Shown here: piece after piece, positions 11,399-22,900 of the stretch
Layout: each line of letters begins with the position of its first letter
How positions within the stretch are numbered: position 1 is the first letter of the stretch
DNA from: Folioceros fuciformis
Lineage: Eukaryota
DNA length: 44,990 bases
Direction: 5' to 3'
NCBI GenBank assembly: GCA_049999805.1
Contig: JBNGIO010006220.1
Span: 172,975-217,964, forward strand
Position numbers and translations under genes: made by a program
The notes under the pieces: model-generated
Seen by the model: only the letters and a program-made list of their open reading frames with translations
Database searches by the model: none
What the model was told of the DNA's origin: nothing

Positions 11399-12485
11399 AT
11401 GAGGCAGGCCTCGGCGCATGAATCTGTTCTGGAAGAGCTGGAGACTGCAGCTTCGGAGCAGCTGAATGTTGTCATTCAAGAAATGCGAGACGGCTACCAT
11501 GAACCTGAGTACGAGCACCTGGAGATGATTAGGCGGAAAACTGACGCTCTGTTGCGATCTACTCGAAGTGCTGCCGCTGAAGTGAAGGCCATTATAGACG
11601 GTGAGGTTTCTGGTTTGATCTCCGATACCAGAGCACTCGTGGTTTGTAGGGATAGTCAGTCTCTTGCTGCTTCCAAGTTGGTTTTGGTAGATGCAAGGGT
11701 TTATGGAGGGCAAATGATGGACAGACTTGGAAGAGCAAGTGCGCGTGGGGGAGGAAAAGCTTCGAGCTACAGAGGCGGAAGGTCTTGCCGATGAGGAGAG
11801 AGAGCTGATGGAAAACAGCCTGGCAAGCGCACGGGATGCTGAGAGAAAACTGCGCGGAGAAGCAAGATAAGTCCGCAGCGTTTGCTGCGATGCTTCAATT
11901 TTGCGTGATAGGTGTGCACAAGAAGGGCATTCCATTAGGTCGAATGTTGGGCTCGTTTTTCTTTGTCTGCTGACGGTGCGAGTAGAACCTGTTGAATTTT
12001 GCACAGTCATTGAAGAGCACGTGGAAGCCCTAGGCGAGCAGCTGGCATCAATCGGCAGGCAGAAGGAGGTCCTTAGCAAAGTTGACGCGGAGCAATTGCG
12101 GACGAAGTAAGCGCAGAGGGTTTTGCTTTATGCGTAGGAGTCTTTTTGGTCATCTCCACAGAGTGAGCCACATCTAGCTGGTGTGCTGTGCAGAAGGGAG
12201 CTATCGCTATTTTTGCAGCTAACGAAGACCGTTCCTCACAACGTTGGCAAGCCACGTGATGGTTTCATCACTGGGAGTATCCTTTCTCTGATTGTCATGT
12301 GTGAAGTCTGACAGATGTGAAGCCTGTTTCAATCCAGCACTCTCTCCTTTACTACCTACCTCGCAGACATCATTGTCGACAAAGAAAGGGACAAGACAGA
12401 GGTTTTCTGTGTGGATACCAAGAAACTTTCCCCCTTCGAGATTAGCAACTACCTCTGGGCCAAAGTAACTCAAACCGATTCTTAG
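11399..12485 (+). CDS. SPC24: Kinetochore NDC80-complex subunit SPC24, 215 aa. Exons 11399-11600, 11725-11866, 12005-12106, 12194-12276, 12367-12485
   Basis: Coiled coil followed by RELSLFLQLTKTVP...FITGNIIVDKERDKTEVFCVDTKKLSPFEISNYLW, resembling the plant Spc24/MUN C-terminus as I recall it. Exon sum of 648 nt is in frame and uses one AT-AC and one U12-type intron. Confidence 0.8.
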
Positions 12486-12668
12486 CATCATAAGAGAGAA
12501 TCCTTGGTGGAAGATTCAAGGAATGCTGAGCTAACTGAACAATGGCAGCGGACAATGCGTCCAGGTTCCTCTTAACCCGATCGAGTCAAGGCAGGTAGCG
12601 CATTCCCATGTTAACAGTAGCTCAGAGTATGAGACATTGGATGCAGACGATTCGTCCGTGGCACCAGT

Positions 12669-13517
12669 TCAGAGACCTTTGAGCACCTCAGAGAAGCCCG
12701 TCAGGTTTGACCATCTCTCCAAAGCCGAAGCCGAGACGAAGAAGGCGTTTTTGGAGCTGTCCGCTTCTTGCTTGGACACTGCAAGGGATTAAGGAGCGCA
12801 ACTTCAGGTACCACCAAAACAGCAGCAGGGTGGTACTAGCAGCCACGAGTGCCGGAATCACACATACCGGCAGTCTGCAGGTCCGACAAAGCCGAGGTAA
12901 ACGTGCTGGCTTCGGTCACCTCCTCAGGGCTAGAGCTCACCTGCACGACTCAAGGGAGCAGAATGTGCATGAGCACTGCTGGCACTACTTGCAATGCCGA
13001 ATTGTGAGGTTTCGAATCCAAACAACAACCGTTGGCGCACCTTGGACAGGGCCGCTTTGACATCGCTTATCCAGGCCTCACCGGCGCCGCTCAGCAGGCT
13101 GTTAGCCGCGGGGAAGTCACTCCCGTCCAGGGCCTGCCCCACCTTACTCAGCTCGTACACGGCGGCCTGCACCGACTCCGTCTCCTTCAGCAGCGACTTC
13201 ACTTCCACCCGCTTCTGGATCTTCTTCTGCCTCCCGGCCTTCACCTTCTCCAGCAAGTCGTCATCCTCGTCGCTCTCCAGCAGCGCGAAGGCAGGCTCCT
13301 CCCGCAGGAACAAGAAGAGCGACACCCCGGCCGCGGCTCCGACTCCGGCTCCCGCCACCAAATCCCTCCTGGACACGCTCCCGTTGGGACTGCCATTGCC
13401 ATCCTGCCGGCTCTGCTCGCACCGCACGGACAAGCAAGCGCTCGTCGCCGGCCGGAACGCCCTTCGAGTGTACGTAGCGCAAAACCGCGGCGCGCACACT
13501 CCGATCGCGGCCGCCAT
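12669..13517 (-). CDS. MPH2: Thylakoid lumenal 16.5 kDa protein (MPH2/TL16). Exons 13517-13041, 12940-12868, 12778-12669
   Basis: Transit peptide, twin-Arg SRRDL, hydrophobic core and AFA cleavage site, then LLESDEDDDLLEKVK...VYELSKVGQAL...AFFVSASALERWSNLTGFSEVLKGL. Confidence 0.9.
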
Positions 13518-13729
13518 TGCGCTGTGCACGCACTCCCCGATCCTGTTCCTCCCGATGGGTAGCAGCAACGTGGTCGCGCCCGAGCCCCACTAGCATTGCC
13601 ACCAAGCCACCGCCACGTGTCGGTCAGCCCGTCCCGGCTGGGATAAGCCCCCCGGCCTCGATCTGCCATCGCCCGAGAAACGAAAACGTCCCCGCCCAAT
13701 CCGTGCGGGCAAGCTTGTGCGATGGCGCC
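13518..13729. promoter_or_regulatory. Compact bidirectional promoter with G-box, I-box and CCAAT
   Basis: 212 bp between divergent ATGs; GCCACGTGT at 13612-13620, GATAAG at 13642-13647, CCAAT at ~13696. Confidence 0.55.
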
Positions 13730-16040
13730 ATGCATTCTCTGAAGCGACTGGTGTCGGCCCACGCGCTGCAGCGCGCGCAAGCTGCAACAACCACCTTTCC
13801 CCAGCCCGCCCCGGTGCTGGCTATGGCCGCCTCCTTTCCGCCGGTGTGCTCGTACTCGGCTGCCGCGCGCTCCTGCTTGGACGCGCCGCGGGCGACCGCC
13901 AGTCTCTGGCCGGCCAGCAGGGCGTCGGCTCCGGTCGCAGCCGTACGGGGTGTCGGGGGGCAGCAGCATCTCGTGCGGGGCTCGGGCTTTCCGTGGGCGA
14001 ATTTCGGGAGAGGGAGAGGAGAGGCCACGGCAGCCGCGGCTGCCGCCTCTGTGGTTGAAGTAGGAGGACTCACCATCAGCAGAGACGGTGGGTGTTCCCC
14101 CCTGCTTCCTGCTGGGACTGGGTTGCCGTCGCATTTTTGGCTTACAGGCATGAGATTTGATGGGGGCAGATGTGGTGAGAGAGGACGACCCGACCAACAA
14201 CGTCCCGGATTCGGTGTTTTCCAAGATCGGGGTGCAGCTGCACAGACGAGATGACCATCCTCTGGGGATCATCAAGAACGAAATTTACCGCTACTTCGAC
14301 GAGACATACCCGGGGTTGTTCCAGAAGTTCGACGATAACAGCCCCATTGTGTCAGTTAAAGCTGTGGGTGCCATGACGGCTGATCTGTTGTTGTGTGGCT
14401 TTTGTTTCCCGGCCATGTACGTTTTGGAGCTTGTTCTGAATGGATCGTGTGTGTGTCTTGTACGGCAGAATTTCGATGATGTCTTGGTGCCCGAAGACCA
14501 TGTCAGCCGGAACTACAATGACACCTATTACATCAACTCCGAGACTGTTCTGCGGTGTCACACCAGTGCACACCAAGCTGAGATGCTCCGGAACGGTCAG
14601 ACCCATTTTCTTGTGACTGGGGATGTGTACCGAAGGGATGCCATCGACGCTACGCACTACCCTGTCTTTCATCAGGTTAGGCATTTACGAGTGTCTGTGC
14701 ATGATGCCACCGAGCGAGGGGACCCTTGGCCCAAGATATGGAGCTCAGTCTCGTGTGGGGATGATGGTCCTTCAGATGGAGGGGTTTCGGGTTTTTTATC
14801 CCGCTGAGTGGGAGGGCACTGGTCTGGACGGCACAGCCTACGCAGTCAAGGACTTGAAGGACACTCTAGTGGGGCTAGCCCGCCGGCTTTTCGGTTAGAT
14901 GTTGTGGGTTAGGTTTTTGGTTGCATCTCGGAATGCCGTGGACACTCTAGTGAAATGTCTCTGGAACAGTGCCTTGTTGTGGGTGACAGGCGAGGTGGAG
15001 ATGAGATGGGTTGACACGTATTTCCCCTTCACGAATCCATCGTTTGAGCTGGAGATTTTCTTTCAGGTATTGGCTTTCATGCATCGGGGAAACTGCTGGA
15101 CAGGTTGGGATCTTTGGGCTCATGATCTCACTCAGTCGCTATTATGGGTTCAGGGGAAATGGTTGGAAGTTTTGGGTTCTGGAGTTACTGAGCAGGCAAT
15201 TCTGAAGAACAATGGTCGGGATGGAACAGTAGCTTGGGCTTTTGGTCTAGGGTTGGAACGCCTTGCCATGGTGCTCTTTGACATCCCTGACATCCGCCTA
15301 TTCTGGTCATCCGATCCACGCTTTACCTCTCAGGTACAAGGTGGATACAGTTTCTCTTTGTTGCCAATAGTACAGACAGCCGTTGTCTCAAGGTGGTCTT
15401 GCATGTGTTGACGCTCCTTTTCTGGTTGTAGTTCAAAGCTGGGCAGCTTGGCGTCAAGTTCAAACCCTTCTCCAAGGTGAGCACGGATTCTCATGTTCCC
15501 CCAACTCATCCGGTGCTGGTTTGCCCAAGGATGGTCAGCACTCTTTATAAGGATTGTGGTGTTTTCGGGAAGGAGCGTGATGTGTTGTGTAATTTTGAAG
15601 CAGTTTCCTCCCTGCTACAAGGACATCAGCTTTTGGATCAGCGACGCTTTCACCGAAAACAATCTCTGCGAAGTTGTGAGAAGCATTGCTGGAGATCTCG
15701 TCGAGGAAGTAAGACCTAGAGAAATGGCCATATATAGTTTGCCAGCTTGTGAGTCGGTGATCACTTTGTTAACCCATCGCATGCTGCAGGTTGCGCTTAT
15801 TGACAACTTCACCAACAAAAAGGGCTTGACAAGCCACTGTTACCGGATTTCGTATCGGTCCATGGAGAGATCTCTGACAGACGAGGAGATCAACGCATTC
15901 CAGGTACCCCTTCCAGGAGACCCTCTTGCGCCTTCCCTCCCGACCGGTTCCGCCCGTACCCCACTTCTTAAGCGTGTGCTTGTGTTCAGGCTCAGGTCAG
16001 GGAAGATGTACAACGAAAGCTCAATGTAACGTTGCGATAA
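13730..16040 (+). CDS. PheRS: Organellar (plastid/mitochondrial) monomeric phenylalanine-tRNA ligase. Exons 13730-14087, 14170-14363, 14469-14675, 14776-14893, 14990-15066, 15154-15333, 15432-15476, 15604-15708, 15790-15903, 15990-16040
   Basis: [43 protein letters not shown] and [12 protein letters not shown] motifs, plus a C-terminal anticodon-binding domain (YKDISFW...[16 protein letters not shown]). Confidence 0.97.
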
Positions 16041-18226
16041 AGTGGGACCGTTGGCTTGTGCATTGGGTTCATGGGACACACGGGAACTAGAGCCGCCAAA
16101 CCTACAGGAGCCTAAAGGCAAAAATGGTTGCTAGCACTAGGACTGGCATGCGAGGTGGGACCTTGTGCAAGTCAAGTATGACAGTCCCAATCCACGGTGA
16201 GGCAGCACGAGCTATCAGGGGCACCTTGTGAACACTAGAGATACGTGGTAGTCAGCAGACTGACGAAAAGAGGGCTAGCTCGCAGAGAGTCGGAAATCAC
16301 TCGCAATGCGTGATACATGGATATGGCAGTGGCAGCTGCAGTTGGCGACCCACCATCGGAAGTGGGAGCCGGTTGAAAAGAAGTGGCTCATTTTTGTCGT
16401 CAAAGACTTGGTCTCAGCCGGTGTCGTTTCGGACCGTGAAGATTTCGGCGATGCGTGCCTGCAAACGTATACTGATTCTTGCAACCATGTTCGTACCTAC
16501 CCACGTCAAATCTGAAAAGCTGGAGCTGCGGGAGGTAAGAGCAGTCCCTCTCTGTCGACCATCTCACCGGTAACGAGTTGGATGCAGCAGCAATTCGTCC
16601 TTCCTACACTTGGTAGTAAATGCAGACATGAATGGATCAACAGCAGCAGCAGCTGCCACACCTTTCCGATTTCCATTTGCGCTCATCTGTTGGAGGCCAG
16701 CTTATTAGACCCGGCTCTGGGTCTGTTAGAAATGTCACGGCGCCCACCCACCTGATGATGGGCGCAGTGGGCAGCCCCACCCACCTTACCTTGTGCATTC
16801 AAGTTCGCAGTTTGCAAGCTCATGAGACCGGGTTCACCGGCACATGAAGAATAACACCTGGCGGATTCTTCGCACTCCAAGTGGCCTGGATTAATGAAGA
16901 TGAGGCTCGCAGGTCGCTTCTCAGAGTCTGCAGTCCTGGACTCCTGGCCCCTGAGATCAACCTTACTACAATGCACGTGAGAACACAAGACACCTAGAAT
17001 TCTGGAACTGGACTGCAATGGACTGGATTCTGAGCCCTTGTCAGGAGCCCAGGACTGCGATGTGGCTACGTATGGATGGATGCTTGTACGTGCGTGCGTG
17101 GTCCAGGACATCAGTTCGTGTCTCCCTCATCAGCAATGACGAGCTTGGAGTTCACCCTGGGACCGGGCCTATGCCTGCAGCAGCTCTCGTAGCGATTTGT
17201 AAAGCAGCTGCGGAGTCTGTACTTGTAACCGAGCACAAAGTTGACTGCTCGACAGACGATTCTTGCAGGATCATTAAGCTCGTCCGAACGTGTCGTGGTG
17301 GTAAATACCACATGGCAGTACAATAACGAGCCCACTTTCATGGGCTTGTAACGATCGCAAGTGTGCCACAGTGCCGCATGTGGTAAACGCATTAACAGCC
17401 TGCTTTGCCTCGATCCATTTGATCAGGAGTTGCCACTCGCAGAACAAGGCATTTGTGGCGCTCGAGGGACGTACAGAGTTGCATTCATCTGTCTGGTACC
17501 AGATGTTGTCCGAGCTGTGCATCCGCGGACTGGCAAGTCACGGAAGAAGCAGCGAGAAACTCCTGAGAAGTTGTGGTGTGGTGGCCAATCCAAACCCGGC
17601 ATTGTCATACGGTGCCTTCCATTCCATGGCAGCTGAGTCGAATCAGCGTGGTACCTGTACTGTGATCAAGATTCAAGCCCGCTTCTCTGGCTCTCCTAAC
17701 AGACAGACTGGCATTCTGTTCAGTAGCGTCCTCTAATGCTAGCGAACAAGACTCTGGACGCGTTGTCTCTTTCTCTTCTTTTTAGCGAATGCTGCAGTCG
17801 CTGGCTAGTCAATTGCTCCCCTCTTACAGTACACTCGTGCTCCTTGTGCTCGCATCGGTGGAGCTCCACCAGAAACGTCGCAGTACGTAGGTCTGCAGCT
17901 GCCCTCCCTTTGCAGAGCACACACAGCTTTTTCTGTCAGGCAGGAATCAGTCCTGAAGGCTCCTAAGAGTGCCGCCAGCCAGAGCCTCATATCCTATTGA
18001 GAGCTCAGATCTTCACACAAGTGTTTGAACGCAGGCTCAGGACTTGTGTGCTTCCATTCCGTAGAGATTGTGACCGGCCGTGGGCAAGCAGCTGCAAGAA
18101 GTGATTCCGAGACCACGTTACTGACTGCAGAGTGTTGGAATCTCAAGAACCGCCTTGCCTGATCGCCTCTCCAGGCGGCCCGTTGAGGACACGCCTCCTG
18201 AAGATATTCTCCCCCGCAGCGCCGAC

Positions 18227-19496
18227 ATGGCATCTCCGAAGCTCCTCTCACGTTCGGAGGCTTCCAGAGGTGGTCTCTCGGCAGCCGTTGCAGCACTGTG
18301 GTTGCTCGTTCTGGGCACCTTCAACCTGGTGGAGGGGCAGCTGCGATACGGGTTCTACTCTGCCAGTTGCCCGAATGCTGAAAACATTGCGAGAGCTGCG
18401 CTCATGGCAAGTGTGGCGAGAGATCCTACAGCCCCCGCTGCCCTGCTGAGGCTAGCCTTTCACGACTGCACAGTTCAGGTAGGCACCAGTGGTTTGTATG
18501 CATGATGGAGATGGGCAGGCAGAATCGAAGCAAATTTCACGGTCAAGATTGTGTGTGTTGAATGCACCCTGCATAATCGACTCCCCTGCCCGATCTCCAG
18601 TTCCAGGACTCATCGCTCTAGCGTGCAATGCAATGCAGGGCTGCGATGCGTCCATCACGCTCACCGCTGGACCCCAGGTGTCTAGCGAGCTCATATCCGA
18701 CCGCAACTTCGGGATCAGGCGACTGGACTTCATAGACAACATCAAGAGTGCGCTGGAGAGCGCTTGCCCCGGCAGAGTTTCCTGCTCTGACATCATCGTC
18801 CTGGCGGCCAGAGACGCCATCGTCCTCTCAAACGGCCCCTTCATCCAGGTGCCCCTGGGTAGGCGGGATACCACCTCGGCGAGCAACCGCAGAGCAGACT
18901 CTGAAATTCCTCCGGCCTCCTCCGGCTTGGGTACTGCACTCGCCGACTTCAGCAGAATGGGCATGACGCTGCAGGAATCCGTGGCAATCATAGGTCAGTG
19001 CAACATTCAGCACCACTTGAAGGCAATTTTGAGAAGACGTGCTTGACGATGTGAAACCCGACTGATTACCGTCACAATTGTGGGTGAATTGAATTCAGGA
19101 GCACACACCTTGGGAGTGGGCCACTGTGTCAGCATTCTCCACAGGCTGTTCCCCAACCAGGACCCTCAGCTAAGCACAAGTCTGTTCGGAGCACAGCTGC
19201 GCACCTCTTGTCCCACCAGCCCACCCACCACAAATGCCACCGTCATCAACAACGACTTCACCAATGGGCTGTTCGACAACCAGTACTACCGTGATCTCAC
19301 TCTAGGACGGGGACTCTTCACCATCGACTCCGAGCTGTCCACCGACCCCAGGACAGCTCCCATCGTGAGGCAATTTGCTGGCAACACAGGACTCTTCTTC
19401 CAAACTTTCTCCACTGCGTTTGTCAAGCTCACTTCCAACAGAGTCCTCACAGGCAACCAAGGGCAGGTCCGCCGGAGCTGCAGAGTCGTGAACTAG
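18227..19496 (+). CDS. Class III secretory heme peroxidase. Exons 18227-18478, 18639-18993, 19099-19496
   Basis: Signal peptide, QLRYGFYSASCP, distal LLRLAFHDC, GCDASI, VSCSDI, GRRD, proximal GAHTLG, FDNQYY, terminal VRRSCRVVN. RNFGIRR suggests the Prx21/29/42-like clade. Only 2 of the 3 classical introns are present. Confidence 0.97.
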
Positions 19497-19932
19497 CTTG
19501 CCATCCAATGCAGAGGATGCCGTTCAGCAAACATGCTTCGCTTCCTGGATACGATTTGCGAATACTACCGTCCTCTCTAGCTCAGCCGCTCGTATATACG
19601 TATTGCTCTTGTCCCACATAAGCCGAAAGAGCTCGCTAGCATTTCTTCTGTTAATAGCAGATCCACAGTTATGTCCATGTATCCGGAGCTTGCTCTCTGT
19701 CTCGTCTCATGTTGGGGCCTGGCCTACACAAATTCTAGCCGACAAGAGCGTCCCATCCCCGAGCACTTTCAAGGGTTTAAGGGTTTAAGAAAATGTGCGT
19801 AAACATCAGACGCCTCTAAATTTCCCACTTTCTGCCCTAGTTTTTGTCACAAGCGTATCCGTTTCGAGTGGCAAGCAATCTTAGACTTGGCCAGGCAGCA
19901 CTGTCATGTCTTCCTGATCGGAAGGAACATCT

Positions 19933-22900
19933 ATGGAGAATATGGCTCTTGCTCTAGCTCAGGGAGGGGCGGTTGCCTTCCCGCGACTGACCACCAGACG
20001 CAGCACGCGACCCACAGCTTTCAGGCCCTCTTTGCCTTGGCCGCCCCGTCTTTCGGTGGCTCCAACGCTGTCGTACGTTTCTCGATCCTGGGGAAGATTG
20101 AAGTCGTTCAATGAAGGTTGAGGGAATTGAAAATTTGATTTACAGCTGCTCCAAAGTGAGACCAGCTTCGATAGTCGGCTTGTCCGGTTACGCCAATTCG
20201 GCGTGATTCGATTTTGTGTAGGCTCTGGGGACGGAAAGTATCGATTTCAGGTGAAGGCACAAGCCGTTGCGGGAACTGAGCAGGTGCGAATTCGGAGTTT
20301 GGTCTTTTGCGTGCGGAATCAATCGTAAGATGTGCGTCACAGTGTCCACCCGATGCGCATTTGTGATCAGGATGCATTGCCAACAACACCCTCTGTCGTC
20401 GAGTCTACCTCAGAGCTCTACCATCTGTATCGATACCCTCTACTTCCAGAGTCTGGTGCAGCGGCACTCTTGAAACAGGTGAAGTGTTTGAATTCACCAT
20501 GTTTTATGGCTGTTGTAGCTACGGGAGGTGTTGCTTCACGCATTTCTGTTACATTCTTACAGGTCCAGGACAAAATTTCTCCAGATGTTGCCTCTATTGA
20601 AACTGAACAGGTAGTAGACGGTTTCTTTTGAGCAAGCCGTGCTTGTTTGTTAACACTCTTGCTTGACGCAGTCTATTCGTAAATTGTGTGCAGTGCTTCA
20701 ACATCGCTTTGAGTGGACCCCTTTCGCCAGAGAAGTTGAATGTCCTCAGGTGGTTGCTGCAAGAGACCTATGCACCAAGAAACCTGAAATCCATCAGTCA
20801 TCTGTCACCACGCTCTGCTCATGAAGGTTGGTTGAGCACTTGGCCCCTTCTGTTGGTGCGAAAGGCCTTTTTACGGATTGAGGTTTTGCGTATCACAAAT
20901 GTTGTAAATCAAAGTGGCTTCCAGCAAACTCCATCGGTCTCACATTTGCAGGTCTTTCATTTTGTATCAATGCATGTGGCTACCTAATGAGGAGATGGAG
21001 TAGTTAACTTTCGGGTTCGCTGGTCCAGTGGTGGTGGAGGTTGGCCCACGTTTGTCTTTCACAACTGCCTGGTCAGCCAATGCGGTATCAATATGCAGCG
21101 CTTGTGGATTAGTTGAGGTTACGCGTATAGAACGATCAAGGAGGTACTTTTTGAGTGTCAGCAATGAAGCAGCGCCCTTGGATGGAGATCTGGTTGAGAA
21201 GTTTGCATCTATGGTAAGTTGCAACACCAGGGAAAGGACCCGCTCTGTTGCATTCTACTGTCCAGTTCTCATCAGTAGTAATGACGTTAGACGTTGCTAA
21301 CTTGGAAAGTCTTTCCACGTAGGTTCATGACAGGATGACTGAGTGTGTATACAGCTCGAAGTTGATGTCCTTCGAGAACAAAGTATTCCCAGCACCTGTA
21401 ACTCAAGTGCCAGTTATTGAGGTAGGGTGTGTTGATCTCATTTTCAAATTAAAGCAAACTTAGGCATTCCGTCGCTCATACTTAGATGTCCCTGTGCGTG
21501 TGATTCTCTGGGAAAAGGAAGGACGGGCAGCACTTGAGGCAATCAACAAGTCAATGGGACTAGCTTTTGATGAGTTCGATCTGGAGGTCAGATGGAAATT
21601 TGAACCTTGTCTTGTTTGTCATCTGGAATACAACTTCGCCTGGGTCTGATACCTAATTGTGCTTCACGGCCTCTTTGAGGTGGACAGTTTTATACAAACC
21701 TTTTTGCCCACGACATCAAACGCAACCCGACAAATGTTGAGCTGTTTGATATTGCTCAGTCAAACAGCGAGCACAGCAGGCACTGGTTTTTTAAGGTAAT
21801 CATTCTGTTGCCCAAATGAGTCAAGCAACATTATCTTTTCTTTGAGCTCACAGGTGAACAAGTGTGTAACAGGGGAAAATAGTCATTGATGGGCATCCGG
21901 CACCGTCCACGTTAATGGATCTTGTAAAAGACACTTTGAAGGCCAATCCAAACAATTCCGTCATTGGTTTCAAAGACAATTCCAGGCACAGCACCTGCCA
22001 GCTCCCGCTGCAGAGCGTTTAGGTCCATACTAGTGTGCTCCTGGTTAGTTATGTTACTGTTGATCTGACATGCTGCAGTGCGATTCGGGGCTTTCCTGTA
22101 AAGGCAATTCTGCCTGCTGAACCTGGACGACCTTCACCGTTGGGACCCAAAGACCGAGATCTTGATATCCTCTTCACTGCTGAAACACACAACTTCCCCT
22201 GTGCAGTAGGTTTCTTTGATGAGGCCATGTTTTGAAGAAATTGAATTGACTTCTCCTGTCACCGTGCAGCTGGTAGCTCTAACCGAGATCCTCTTTTGCA
22301 GGTTGCACCATTTCCAGGAGCTGAGACAGGGGCAGGTGGTCGCATTCGAGATACCCATGCTACAGGGGTTGGATCCATTGTGGTTGCTGCAACAGCTGGG
22401 TACTGTGTTGGAAATCTCCAGGTTTGCAGCGACCAGCCATGGTCTTGATGTGCGTGCAATTCATGGCTATTTAGGTAGTGTGGACCTACCATTTTATAAC
22501 TATAATTAACTTACTAACAAGAAGAATTTATTTATTTTTTCATCGTTGTGGAGTTTTCCTGTGGTCCTTCATTCGTCATTGTACGCCTGCTACTATACTC
22601 GACTTTGATGTTTGTTACATGTAGCTGGAGGGATCATTTGCTCCATGGGAGGATTCGTGCTTCATCTATCCCCCCAATCTGGCATCTCCCCTTCAGGTAT
22701 GTCATAAATACGAACAAACCTGCTCATTATACTGTTCAGGTCATGGAATCTCAGTTCTTGAGCTTTTATTCATATCTTTGCAATCAGATTTTGATTGATG
22801 CAAGCAATGGAGCATCTGACTATGGCAACAAGTTTGGGGAGCCGCTCATTCAGGTGTCCCTTTAGCTGTCTCAGTATCTAAGCTAGAATGAAGGTAGAAT

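Noticed and set aside
13241-14275. 344-aa minus-strand ORF
   Set aside because: GC-rich shadow across the MPH2 and PheRS first exons.
16800-17365. RSLQAHE(T/S)G peptide appearing on opposite strands at ~16805 and ~17355
   Set aside because: Short match with no flanking similarity or gene structure; compatible with chance.
16041-18226. Many short ORFs between PheRS and the peroxidase
   Set aside because: No recognisable domains or consistent exon chain; treated as UTR or promoter sequence.
19772-19789. AGGGTTTAAGGGTTTAAG telomere-like motif, and similar motifs at ~4010 and ~4053
   Set aside because: Too short for an interstitial telomere; at most common telo-box-like promoter motifs.
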